DNA of 64,000 nt from assembly GCA_964631725.1 (NCBI GenBank), contig CAZVYX010000007.1, positions 23,613-87,612 of the forward strand, read 5' to 3'. Origin of the DNA: an uncultured Rhodospirillaceae bacterium (GTDB lineage Bacteria; Pseudomonadota; Alphaproteobacteria; GCA-2731375). The notes below the pieces were generated by a model, which saw only the letters and a list, made by a program, of their open reading frames with translations, was not told the origin of the DNA and searched no databases. Shown here piece by piece: positions 9,912 to 18,480 of the stretch (its first letter is position 1; every line of letters starts with the position of its first letter). Both the position numbers and the translations under genes were made by a program.

Positions 9912-10567
9912 GCTGGCTTCCTCGCGGTCGGGTTGAAGGTATTGATTGATGCGGCCGGGGGCGCGCCCGTACCAAGACCTGTCAGGAATAACTGTTCAAT
10001 ATTCTTGGCGATCTCGTCAGCGCCCTGTCTGCCGCCCGGATCGTACCAGGCGTGCAGCCCGTTGAGCATCGAGAGCAGCAGAAAGGCCGCCACGGTCGGC
10101 TCCATGGGCGCCAGACCGCCCGATGTCTGGCCGTCGGCAATGATGTCGCGGATCAGGTCCAGGTAGTCCCGCTCCAGCGTCTGAATCCGCCGCCTCTGAA
10201 CCGGCGGCAGGTGCCCCATTTCATGCACCAGGACTTTCAAGCGGTCGGGATGGCGGTGGAAGAACCCGACATGCACCCGCACCACGGCGCCCAGGCGTGA
10301 CAGCGCCGCCCCGGCGTCGATTTCGGCATCAATATCGGTATCCACCGCCGCGATCGCCGGCCTGACTTCCGCCAATATGGCGTCGATTGAGCCGGAGCAG
10401 ATATGAAACAGCAGATCTTCCTTTTCCCGGATGTGATAATACAGCCCCGCCTTGGAAAAGCCCGCACCCGCCGCCACCTCGCGGATCGAAGTCGCGGCAA
10501 AGCCCTGGCGGGAAAACAATCCCGCCGCCACATCCAACAGAGCCTCCCATCGCGTTGCCCGGGCCAT
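9908..10567 (-). CDS. TetR/AcrR-family transcriptional regulator
   Basis: N-terminal HTH ..LFSRQGFAATSIREVAAGAGFSKAGLYYHI.. 219 aa. Confidence 0.85.
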   Translation of the reverse strand: MARATRWEALLDVAAGLFSRQGFAATSIREVAAGAGFSKAGLYYHIREKEDLLFHICSGSIDAILAEVRPAIAAVDTDIDAEIDAGAALSRLGAVVRVHVGFFHRHPDRLKVLVHEMGHLPPVQRRRIQTLERDYLDLIRDIIADGQTSGGLAPMEPTVAAFLLLSMLNGLHAWYDPGGRQGADEIAKNIEQLFLTGLGTGAPPAASINTFNPTARKPA

Positions 10568-10790
10568 ATGATGCCTTGTTTCTAAAACTTAAGCGACCGA
10601 TCGGTAAAGTTTGGAGAAAAATGGCCGCCCTGTCAAGCGGACCGCACCGCGAGAGGTTATCGGGTCAAATATGGGAATGGAGAGAAGCAAGATGCGGCGG
10701 CCGTCATTGTGTCGGCCGCCGCTCGTGGTGAAGGGGGTGGTTTTGGAAGTGGTGTTGGGTTTGTTTCCGGGATCGGCCCGAAAAAATCTG

Positions 10791-11111
10791 TCAGGCGGCG
10801 GGCCGGCCGCTGGCGGGCTTTAGATCTTCCCAGGATTGACCGGTCGCGACAACGCAGGATCCACCTTCGGGCATCGTATAAATCATTGTCCAACTGCCGC
10901 TTTTCGAGGCCAGGACCTCAATCAAGGTACCATTGCTGGACAGGCCCAGGGAAACCGGACGTTCGGCGTAATCCTTGCCCAATTTGGTGAGTATCTTGTC
11001 CCGCTCGCCACAAGGGACCTCTTGCGCCTGGGCAATGTTTGGCGCCGAAGCGGCGATGGCCACGAAGGCGATGCCAGCGGCCGCGGCGGTCAAATAGCGA
11101 AACATGGTCAA
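10791..11111 (-). CDS. Small secreted protein of unknown function
   Basis: Signal peptide ..AAAAGIAFVAIAASAPNIAQA-QE.., two Cys, 106 aa. No recognisable domain. Confidence 0.5.
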   Translation of the reverse strand: MTMFRYLTAAAAGIAFVAIAASAPNIAQAQEVPCGERDKILTKLGKDYAERPVSLGLSSNGTLIEVLASKSGSWTMIYTMPEGGSCVVATGQSWEDLKPASGRPAA

Positions 11112-11179
11112 CTCCTTTCAGCAAACAACCAAACGCCTCGTGGCGTCCGGAAAACTGGGAGCGGGTTTCTGCTGGGGGG

Positions 11180-11560
11180 CTAAGCCTATCTGAACCACAT
11201 ACATGACTGGCGAAATTCAGATCTGATTACACGGTACTCTTGGCTAGAAAACCCGCTCCCGATAACTCGGGCCCAATACTGAACGGCGATTCGGACCCAA
11301 TACGCCTACAACTCACGCACACACAAAACAATTACTTCAAAACATACTCAATACCCACACTACATTTACTTGCGCATTATCCGCTGAAAATGAATAACAA
11401 ATGGTTAACGGCGCAGAAAATTTCATTAACACGCAATTGTAGAAGATGAAAAACGAGTAATGTTCGACTTCTATACGTTTGTTACAATATTATAATTCTT
11501 TGTGATGTGCATAAATCGAAAATTTAATGCTTGGTTCACGAAAGTTTGGCGGAAACTCTG
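11180..11560. other. AT-rich non-coding island
   Basis: By eye this is the most AT-rich stretch in the window (for example ttacaatattataattctttgtgatgtgcataaatcgaaaatttaatg). It has no convincing ORF on either strand. Confidence 0.5.
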
Positions 11561-11799
11561 ATTTTCTCCTGGCCTGTCGCGAGACCGCGTAAATTTTGCA
11601 ACATTACCAAACCAATCGGTATATCGCGCATTTGGTGTATCAGATGGCGCGGTCCGAAACGTTTCCGCCGGTACGGATTGGTTGGGTTGGGAAAATTATT
11701 GCCAAATCGGGCTACCAAGGACGCTGCCGCATCGACCCACCGGCAATTCCCTTGCTACAATGACCCAACTTCAAAGATGAAATGGGGAGGTATTGAGTT

Positions 11800-12912
11800 A
11801 TGGAAGTACGGGCAGCCGTGGCGCACAAGGCTGGCGCGCCGCTGAGTATCGAGACGGTACAATTGGAAGGTCCCCGCGCAGGGGAATGCCTGGTCGAGAT
11901 CAAGGCCAGTGGCGTCTGCCATACCGATGCCTTTACCCTATCGGGCGATGATCCCGAAGGTATCTTTCCCGCTATCCTGGGCCATGAAGGCGCCGGCGTG
12001 GTCGTCGAGGTCGGTGCCGGCGTCACTTCGTTGGCGCCCGGCGATCATGTCATCCCGCTTTATACTCCGGAATGCCGCCAGTGCAGCTTTTGCACCTCCG
12101 GCAAAACCAATCTATGCGGCGCGATCCGGGAAACCCAGGGCCAGGGGCTGATGCCCGACGGCACCTCCCGCTTCTCGTTGGGCGGAGATCAGGTGTTCCA
12201 TTACATGGGCACCTCCACATTCGCGCAATATTCGGTGATACCGGAGATTGCCCTGGCCAAGATCCGCAACGATGCGCCTTTTGACAAGGTCTGTTACATC
12301 GGCTGTGGCGTGACCACGGGGATCGGCGCCGTGATCAACACCGCCAAGGTCGAGGCCGGCGCCAATGTCGTGGTCTTCGGTCTGGGCGGAATTGGCCTGA
12401 ACGTCCTGCAGGGCGCCCGCATGGTCGGCGCCAACATGATCATCGGCGTCGACACAAATCCGTCCAAACGCGCCCTGGCGGAAAAATTCGGCATGACGCA
12501 TTTTGTCAATCCGAACGATGTCGGCGGTGATCTGGTTGCGCACCTGGTGGAGCTAACCGGCGGCGGGGCCGACTATTCCTTTGAATGCATCGGCAGTGTG
12601 GAGGTGATGCGCCAGGCGTTGGAATGCTGTCACAAAGGCTGGGGCGAAAGCATCATTATCGGCGTCGCCGGCGCCGGCCAGGAAATCAACACCCGGCCCT
12701 TCCAACTTGTGACCGGCCGGGTCTGGCGCGGCACCGCGTTCGGCGGCGCCAAGGGCCGCACGGAGGTGCCGCAAATCGTCGATTGGTACATGGATGGGAA
12801 GATCAACATCGATGACCTGATCACCCACACCATGCCGCTGGAACAGATCAACGATGCCTTCGATTTGATGCACGAAGGAAAGTCGATCCGCAGCGTCGTG
12901 ACCTTCGATTAG
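11800..12912 (+). CDS. adhC: S-(hydroxymethyl)glutathione dehydrogenase / class III alcohol dehydrogenase
   Basis: ..[52 protein letters not shown].. is typical of class III ADH. 370 aa. GGGGAGG lies upstream of the ATG. Confidence 0.9.
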   Translation: MEVRAAVAHKAGAPLSIETVQLEGPRAGECLVEIKASGVCHTDAFTLSGDDPEGIFPAILGHEGAGVVVEVGAGVTSLAPGDHVIPLYTPECRQCSFCTSGKTNLCGAIRETQGQGLMPDGTSRFSLGGDQVFHYMGTSTFAQYSVIPEIALAKIRNDAPFDKVCYIGCGVTTGIGAVINTAKVEAGANVVVFGLGGIGLNVLQGARMVGANMIIGVDTNPSKRALAEKFGMTHFVNPNDVGGDLVAHLVELTGGGADYSFECIGSVEVMRQALECCHKGWGESIIIGVAGAGQEINTRPFQLVTGRVWRGTAFGGAKGRTEVPQIVDWYMDGKINIDDLITHTMPLEQINDAFDLMHEGKSIRSVVTFD

Positions 12913-12927
12913 GCCCCAGGACCTGTA

Positions 12928-14268
12928 ATGATCGACAAGGCGCTGTTTCATCCCGACTACAAAGCCATGCCGTTTTGGTGGGAGGCGGCGCGGCCCGGCA
13001 CCGACTATTCGACCGAGCCGCCGGCCACGACGGAAATTCTGATCGTCGGCAGCGGCTATTCCGGCCTGTCGGCGGCGTTGGAGCTGGCGCGCGGCGGCCG
13101 GGAGGTCACGGTCTGTGACGCCCTGGCGTTCGGCGAAGGCGCCTCCACCCTTTCGGGGGGCGGTGTCAGCGCCGGGATCAATCTGGGCAAGGGCATTTCC
13201 GGTACGCCGGGACAAAATGCCCGCGGCGAAGATCACAAGACATTGGTGCGCAGCCTGTTGCGTGAAAGCATGGCCGCCTATGAGTTCGTCGGCGAATTGG
13301 TGGCGCGGGAAAAGATCGACTGCCACTTCGAACGGCGCGGCCGCTTCGTCGGCGCCTATTCGAAAGCGCACTATCCCGATCTGGTCAAGAAAGCGGAATT
13401 CCTCAACGAATTCCTGCAAATGGACGCCAGGGCGGTGCCTTATGAAGAACAAAGATCGGAGATTGGCAGCGACTTTTATCACGGCGGTATGACCATCAAC
13501 CGGGCCGGCAAGCTGCATCCATCGCTGTTTCACAAGGGGCTGCTGGATGCCTGCCACCGCGCCGGCGTGACCCTGTGCGCCCATGCCAAGGTGAACGCCA
13601 TCGATGGTTCGGTCGGCCGTTTCACCGTGAAGACGGCCAAGGGAGAGAGCCGGGCGGAACAGGTCATCATCGCCACCAATGGCTATACCGGTGCCCTGAC
13701 GCCGAAACTGCGCAAGCGGCTGGTGCCGATTTCAAGCCAGATCATCGTCACCGAGGAACTGCCCGAGGATCTGGCGCTGGAGCTGATCCCGAACGGCCGG
13801 ACGATTTCGGAGACCCCGCGCGTAACCTCCTATTACCGGCTGTTGCCCGGCGACCGGCGGGTGATGTATGGCGGCCGCGCCCGCTTTCAGGATGTGCCGG
13901 CGGAGGTCAGCGCGACTTTGCTGCATGGCATGATGACGGACCGCTGGCCGCAACTAAAGGACACCCGCATTACCCATTCCTGGTCCGGCTTCGTCGCCAT
14001 GACAACGGATGCCCTGCCCCACATGGGTGTGGAAGACGGCATGCATTACTGTGCCGGGTGCAACGGCAGCGGCGTTGCCATGATGACCTACCTGGGCAAT
14101 CAGGTGGCCCGGCGCATCCTGCAGGACGGCCGGTCCGACAGCGCCTATGACGGCCTTGAATTTCCCACCGTCCCGGTCCCGTTCTATCAAGGCAACCCAT
14201 GGTTCCTGCCCATCGTCGGGCAGTACTACCGCTATCTGGACCGAAAGGAACGCCGGGCGGCGGGGTGA
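12928..14268 (+). CDS. FAD-dependent oxidoreductase (DAO family, PuuB/DadA-like)
   Basis: ..ILIVGSGYSGLSAALELAR.. dinucleotide fold. 446 aa. Confidence 0.8.
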   Translation: MIDKALFHPDYKAMPFWWEAARPGTDYSTEPPATTEILIVGSGYSGLSAALELARGGREVTVCDALAFGEGASTLSGGGVSAGINLGKGISGTPGQNARGEDHKTLVRSLLRESMAAYEFVGELVAREKIDCHFERRGRFVGAYSKAHYPDLVKKAEFLNEFLQMDARAVPYEEQRSEIGSDFYHGGMTINRAGKLHPSLFHKGLLDACHRAGVTLCAHAKVNAIDGSVGRFTVKTAKGESRAEQVIIATNGYTGALTPKLRKRLVPISSQIIVTEELPEDLALELIPNGRTISETPRVTSYYRLLPGDRRVMYGGRARFQDVPAEVSATLLHGMMTDRWPQLKDTRITHSWSGFVAMTTDALPHMGVEDGMHYCAGCNGSGVAMMTYLGNQVARRILQDGRSDSAYDGLEFPTVPVPFYQGNPWFLPIVGQYYRYLDRKERRAAG

Positions 14269-14278
14269 ATATCCCGCA

Positions 14279-15253
14279 TCAGAACCAGTTCGCCTTGTCG
14301 ACCAGGTTGGCGAGCGGTTGGCCGGCGTCGAAGCGGTGGCAATTGTCGATGAAGACCTGCCAGCGCCGCTCGTCGATATAAGGACCCGCCGCCGCGACAT
14401 GAGGCGTAATCAGCATACCCGGTGCATCCCAAAGGGGATGGCGAGGCGGCAGCGGCTCGGTCTCGAAGACGTCCAACGCGGCAGCGGCGATGACACCACC
14501 ACGCAAAGCCTGGTCGAGATCATCCAAGCGCACCGTGGCACCGCGCCCGATGTTGATGAAGAAGGCGCTCGGCTTCATCAGGGCAAACATCGCCGCATCG
14601 AAGAACCCTTGCGTCGCCGGCGTCTCAGGGACCGTCAAAACGACCGCATCGGCTTGAGGGAGCAGTGTGGTAAGGGCATCCGGGCCATGCAGTTCGGAAA
14701 GGCCGGGCGGCGGCGCGTCCCGCCGTGCATCGACGCCGATCACCGTGATACCGAAGCTGGTCGCAAGTCTGGCCGTCTCCGCGCCGATGCCGCCGACGCC
14801 AACGATCAGCAAGGTCATCTCCGGCAGGTAAACGGTTGCAATACCTTTCTGCCATCGTTTCTCACGCTGTTGCGCCCAGTAGCCCGGCAAGCCCCTTGCA
14901 AACGCCAGCAGATAGGCCATCACCTGGGCCGAGATGTGATCATTGTAGATCCCGCGCACGTTGGTGACCATGACATCGCTGTCGACCAAGGCCTGGTGAT
15001 AAAAGCTTGGGTCGGGCCCGGCACGGGGCGAGGCGAGCCAGCGCAGGTTGGTTGCCTTTGCGAAAAGTGCAGGCGGCAGATAGCCGAAGGCAGCATCGAC
15101 GTCGACAATGCTATCCTCGGCCTCGGCCGGCGAAGCGGCGATGAAGAGTTCGATGTCCGGCATCTCGGTCGCCAGGCGGCTCGGCCATTCGGCGGCCGCG
15201 GTCAGGCTCTCGGGAATTGCGGGATCGCTTAGCAACAGCAGTTTGAAACCCAT
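14279..15253 (-). CDS. D-isomer-specific 2-hydroxyacid dehydrogenase family protein
   Basis: ..LLIVGVGGIGAETARLA..FG..V.GVD.. NAD fold and ..TPHVA.. near the C-terminus. ATG at 15253 follows GGAAAAGAGGAG. Confidence 0.8.
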   Translation of the reverse strand: MGFKLLLLSDPAIPESLTAAAEWPSRLATEMPDIELFIAASPAEAEDSIVDVDAAFGYLPPALFAKATNLRWLASPRAGPDPSFYHQALVDSDVMVTNVRGIYNDHISAQVMAYLLAFARGLPGYWAQQREKRWQKGIATVYLPEMTLLIVGVGGIGAETARLATSFGITVIGVDARRDAPPPGLSELHGPDALTTLLPQADAVVLTVPETPATQGFFDAAMFALMKPSAFFINIGRGATVRLDDLDQALRGGVIAAAALDVFETEPLPPRHPLWDAPGMLITPHVAAAGPYIDERRWQVFIDNCHRFDAGQPLANLVDKANWF

Positions 15254-15449
15254 ATTCTCCTCTTTTCCTTCCGATGCCGGTTGCAGACGCAAATTGGCGG
15301 ACCGGTCTGATTTGCCTGGTCCGCCTCGCGCGAAGGTATTTGCCCGGTTTGGCCGTCCGGCGGCGGCGAATTGAAGCTAGCAGAGTAGATCGACGCGATC
15401 GGGCGAGGCAAGGCAGGTTCATGGCGTGGGGCGATCGCCCGAAACCAAG

Positions 15450-16394
15450 TTAGCCCCGCACGGCGGCGAGGAAATCGTCGACGATTTTGTCCAGGTCGTG
15501 GGTCGGCTGCCAGCCCCATTCTTCCCGTGCCTTGGTATCATCCAAGGGCCGGATCATGTCGTCCAATGCCGCCTGAATGGCCGGGTTGGGATCGAAATCG
15601 ATCTCGGCGCCGGGCACCTTGGCGCGCACGGCATCGGCCAACTCACCGGCACTGGGGGTTGGTTTCACGCCATCAACCACATAGTTGATGGTGCGGATGC
15701 CATCGATCGGCGCCTGGGCCAGGCGGATGGTCGCCGCCGCGGCCTCGGTCACATACATGATCGGCATCGCCGTATCTGGGCGTACCCAGATGGTGAACGG
15801 TTTGCCCTGGGCCGCATGTTCGATCACCCACGAGGTATATTGCACGGCGCCGGGCGTCGTCACCCCCGGTCCGATCACGGAAGGATAGCGTATGCCGCGA
15901 AAATCCAGGCCGTGCTTGCGTTTGTAGAACAGCCCCATGTGTTCGCCGAAGGTCTTGGTGGCGCCATAGAAAAACACCGGCCGCTGGATTGTCAGATCAT
16001 CAATGGGTCCGTCCGGCATGTCGGTGCCATAGGTGCCGATGGAGGAGGAAAAGATGACCTGCCCGACATCGAACAGGCGGGCCGCCTCCAGGACATAGAA
16101 CGTTCCCATGGCGTTGGTCTGAATGGCGGCGGCCGGGTCGGCGTCCGAGGGTACCGACAGCATGGCGCCCAGATGATAGATCACCCGCGGCCGCGACGCC
16201 TTCACAACGTCGAGAACATGGCTGAAATTACCAACATCGCCGGCCACCGCTGTTACCCGGTCCGTCAGATCGCCCAGGCGTCCGGGCGATGGGTTGCGGC
16301 TGAAAATCGTGATCTCGGTCTCGCCCTCGGCCAGCAGTTGCCGCGCCACCGCCAGACCGACGAAGCCGGCGCCGCCGGTAATCAAGACACTCAT
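15450..16394 (-). CDS. NAD-dependent epimerase/dehydratase (extended SDR)
   Basis: N-terminal ..VLITGGAGFVGLAVA.. and ..YGATK.. (YxxxK). Confidence 0.8.
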   Translation of the reverse strand: MSVLITGGAGFVGLAVARQLLAEGETEITIFSRNPSPGRLGDLTDRVTAVAGDVGNFSHVLDVVKASRPRVIYHLGAMLSVPSDADPAAAIQTNAMGTFYVLEAARLFDVGQVIFSSSIGTYGTDMPDGPIDDLTIQRPVFFYGATKTFGEHMGLFYKRKHGLDFRGIRYPSVIGPGVTTPGAVQYTSWVIEHAAQGKPFTIWVRPDTAMPIMYVTEAAAATIRLAQAPIDGIRTINYVVDGVKPTPSAGELADAVRAKVPGAEIDFDPNPAIQAALDDMIRPLDDTKAREEWGWQPTHDLDKIVDDFLAAVRG

Positions 16395-16429
16395 GATAAC
16401 CTCCCGTGGAGCAGATCGCCGCCCGTTCG

Positions 16430-17071
16430 CTATTTCTTCGCCCGCACCTTGGCCAAATTCCTAACGCTCTTGACGTTTTCGATACCCTTCACGACCGCCG
16501 TCGCCTTGCGCTTTTCCTTCGCCGAGAGGGCCCGGCCAAACAGGAATACATGGCCATTGACGGAGCGATAGCGGAAGTTCGTGACGCTGACCCCGGCGGC
16601 GTCAAGCAACAGGGCGTTGATCTTGGTCTCGATCACCGTGTCATCGACGAAGTTCTCCACCGCGCCCTTGTCCTTGTCCAAGGGCTTGATCACGAGAATC
16701 TGGTTGTAAAGCTTCTTCACGCCCTTAATGCCGCGAACCAGCTTGCCCGCCTTGGCCTTGGTTTCCGGGTTATCCACGGCCCCGGTCAGCATGACATCCT
16801 GCTCGTACACATCGGCGCCGATGGAGATGACATCGTTGGTCATCTTCTCCACGACCTCGGCAACAATGGTGGTCTTGAGTTTCAGGTCGGCGGCAATATC
16901 TTCGGCGCTGCGGTCTTCCACCGCCGCCTCGACCACGCCCTTAAGCGCGGTGATCGGGTTTAGATTAACCGCTCCGGCCGGCCCGGCCGCCAGCGCCAAT
17001 AGCACCAACAGCGGGGGCAACCCCAGCGCCCTGGCAATCTGGCGCCCACGGAACCACTTGTTCTGCTTCAT
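16430..17071 (-). CDS. BON-domain (OsmY-like) periplasmic protein
   Basis: Signal peptide plus two BON-like repeats (..V.V..G.V.L.G.V......KA......I.GVK.V.N.I.V..). Confidence 0.7.
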   Translation of the reverse strand: MKQNKWFRGRQIARALGLPPLLVLLALAAGPAGAVNLNPITALKGVVEAAVEDRSAEDIAADLKLKTTIVAEVVEKMTNDVISIGADVYEQDVMLTGAVDNPETKAKAGKLVRGIKGVKKLYNQILVIKPLDKDKGAVENFVDDTVIETKINALLLDAAGVSVTNFRYRSVNGHVFLFGRALSAKEKRKATAVVKGIENVKSVRNLAKVRAKK

Positions 17072-17469
17072 CTACAATCCTCACTCTTCCTAGTCAGACG
17101 TCATCCGCAATGACATAGGGCCCGCGGCCGCAAAACACAAATCCAAAGGCAAACGGCGGCCCCGCAAAACGGAGCCGCCGTCCGTCGACCGCAACGATGT
17201 GGGCATAATTCCACCGGCCCGGTTGCAACAAACCGGTGAACCAGCCCCGGGACGAAGTGAGAGTGAACCGTCCCGGATCAGTCGTTGGGCCAAGATTCCT
17301 TACCCCCAAACCCACCGAGGATATCAATCAGCGGCCTGCATTCTTGCACCGGAGTGACGGCATGCATATCTTAACGAAACCGTCATGCCCGGCACGACAA
17401 CCGCCGGCCATCCAGCCACTTTCCAAATTCGGCATACCGCAGGCAAAATCAAACGGCGGCCAATTTTAC

Positions 17470-17485
17470 CAAACGTTAACGTTTG
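17470..17485. promoter_or_regulatory. 16-bp perfect palindrome CAAACGTTAACGTTTG
   Basis: Read directly. It sits 50 nt upstream of a candidate small ORF, inside an 800-bp region without annotated genes. Confidence 0.3.
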
Positions 17486-17535
17486 CCGGCTAATCTTTAC
17501 GTCTTGTTAGGAGAAGCAGACGGAGTTTCCTGATC

Positions 17536-17697
17536 ATGACCTATATGCCCACAAGCCCGCTGGAAATGGCGGACCGGATCAGTCCCCGGCAATCGGAAGA
17601 ACGGATGCCCTACTATATCGCTGTTCCGATTTGGGTTTCGCTTGCGGTTGTGGCGTGGAGCCCATTGATCGTGATCGCCCGCTCCGTGATGACCTAG
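17536..17697 (+). CDS. Candidate small membrane protein (53 aa)
   Basis: My own translation is MTYMPTSPLEMADRISPRQSEERMPYYIAVPIWVSLAVVAWSPLIVIARSVMT*. It has one hydrophobic helix and AGGAGA/GGAG upstream. It is below the ORF-track size cutoff. Confidence 0.3.
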   Translation: MTYMPTSPLEMADRISPRQSEERMPYYIAVPIWVSLAVVAWSPLIVIARSVMT

Positions 17698-17897
17698 CGG
17701 CGGTATCGCAATTCCGTTTTTCCAAGAATCCAAGACGCATCAAAATCTACAACACTGACGCGCCTGCCGTGCGCCGTCCGCGCAACCCCGATGTTGCTCC
17801 GGACACGCGGCCCTTCATAAAAAATAACTTCGTTGTCGTGGGTTAGCCTTCGCGCCAACGCCAGCCCGCAAAACGTTATCTCAACCGGCCGGCAGTA

Positions 17898-18314
17898 TTA
17901 TGCGCTGCGTTTCCGGTTGGCGTTCTTCGCCTTCGGCGGCTGATAGGCCATGGCCGCGTGATAGTCGCAGTAGGGCTGCCCGGCGTTGCTTTTGGCGCCA
18001 CAGAAGTGGAAATCCACATCACCCGGATCACCGATCGGCCAGCGGCAGGTGGATGCCGTCAATGAAAAGATCGTCGCGCCCTCATCTACCGGGGGTTGCA
18101 GCTGCAGTACTTTTTCGGCCTGTTCTTTTTGCCGCTGCTGACGGGTTACCGAGGATTTCGAAGGTTTCGAAAGGCCAAGCCGGTTGGCCTTGCCGATCAC
18201 CGCGTTTCGGGTAATTCCCTCACCCAGGCGTTCGGCAATTTGCCGGGCGGAATGCCCCTCCTGCCAAAGCTGCGACAATAACCCGACCCGTTCCTCGGTC
18301 CAATCAACGGCCAT
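17898..18314 (-). CDS. gcrA: GcrA cell-cycle regulator
   Basis: ..WTEERV..L..LW.EG.SA.QIA..LG.GITRNAVIGK..RLGL.. and C-terminal ..C.WP.GDP....F.FCG.....PYC..H.. are GcrA hallmarks. ATG at 18314. Confidence 0.9.
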   Translation of the reverse strand: MAVDWTEERVGLLSQLWQEGHSARQIAERLGEGITRNAVIGKANRLGLSKPSKSSVTRQQRQKEQAEKVLQLQPPVDEGATIFSLTASTCRWPIGDPGDVDFHFCGAKSNAGQPYCDYHAAMAYQPPKAKNANRKRSA

Positions 18315-18427
18315 ATCTTGCCCCCACAGCAAAAATTAATTGTTGTTGTTGTGAGCTGGATTGTAGCCGCGCTTGGCGGTCAAAACAATATATAATGTAG
18401 GAACAAAATAGGAACTATACCAAATCC

Positions 18428-18460
18428 TGTGGATAACCTTGTGGCTCATCTTGTGGAGAT
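18428..18460 (-). promoter_or_regulatory. Three DnaA-box-like 9-mers phased at 12 bp upstream of gcrA
   Basis: The minus strand reads ATCTCCACA-aga-TGAGCCACA-agg-TTATCCACA. The last 9-mer is a perfect E. coli-consensus DnaA box. The array lies 114-146 nt upstream of the gcrA ATG. Confidence 0.5.
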
Positions 18461-18480
18461 CCTGGGTAAAAGTCGTCGGC

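Noticed and set aside
11180-11560. Chromosomal replication origin, suggested by an AT-rich region with DnaA-box-like 9-mers.
   Set aside because: It has only isolated, imperfect boxes with no clustered array. I found no CtrA TTAA-N7-TTAAC sites and only one GANTC site. None of the genes usually flanking alphaproteobacterial origins are nearby. A GC-skew analysis of the whole replicon would settle it.
17440-17493. tmRNA-like tag reading frame (..AKSNGGQFYQTLTFAG*) or another housekeeping ncRNA (RNase P, SRP, 6S) in the 17.1-17.9 kb gap.
   Set aside because: The peptide does not end in the Ala-Ala type degradation tag. I found no tRNA-like acceptor/T-arm, no GAGGAAAGTCC RNase P motif and no SRP domain IV motif.
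18315-18427. CtrA boxes or CcrM GANTC methylation sites in the gcrA promoter.
   Set aside because: No TTAA-N7-TTAAC match; TTAATTGTTGTTGTTG lacks the second half-site. I saw no GANTC in this interval. Only the DnaA-like boxes are supported.
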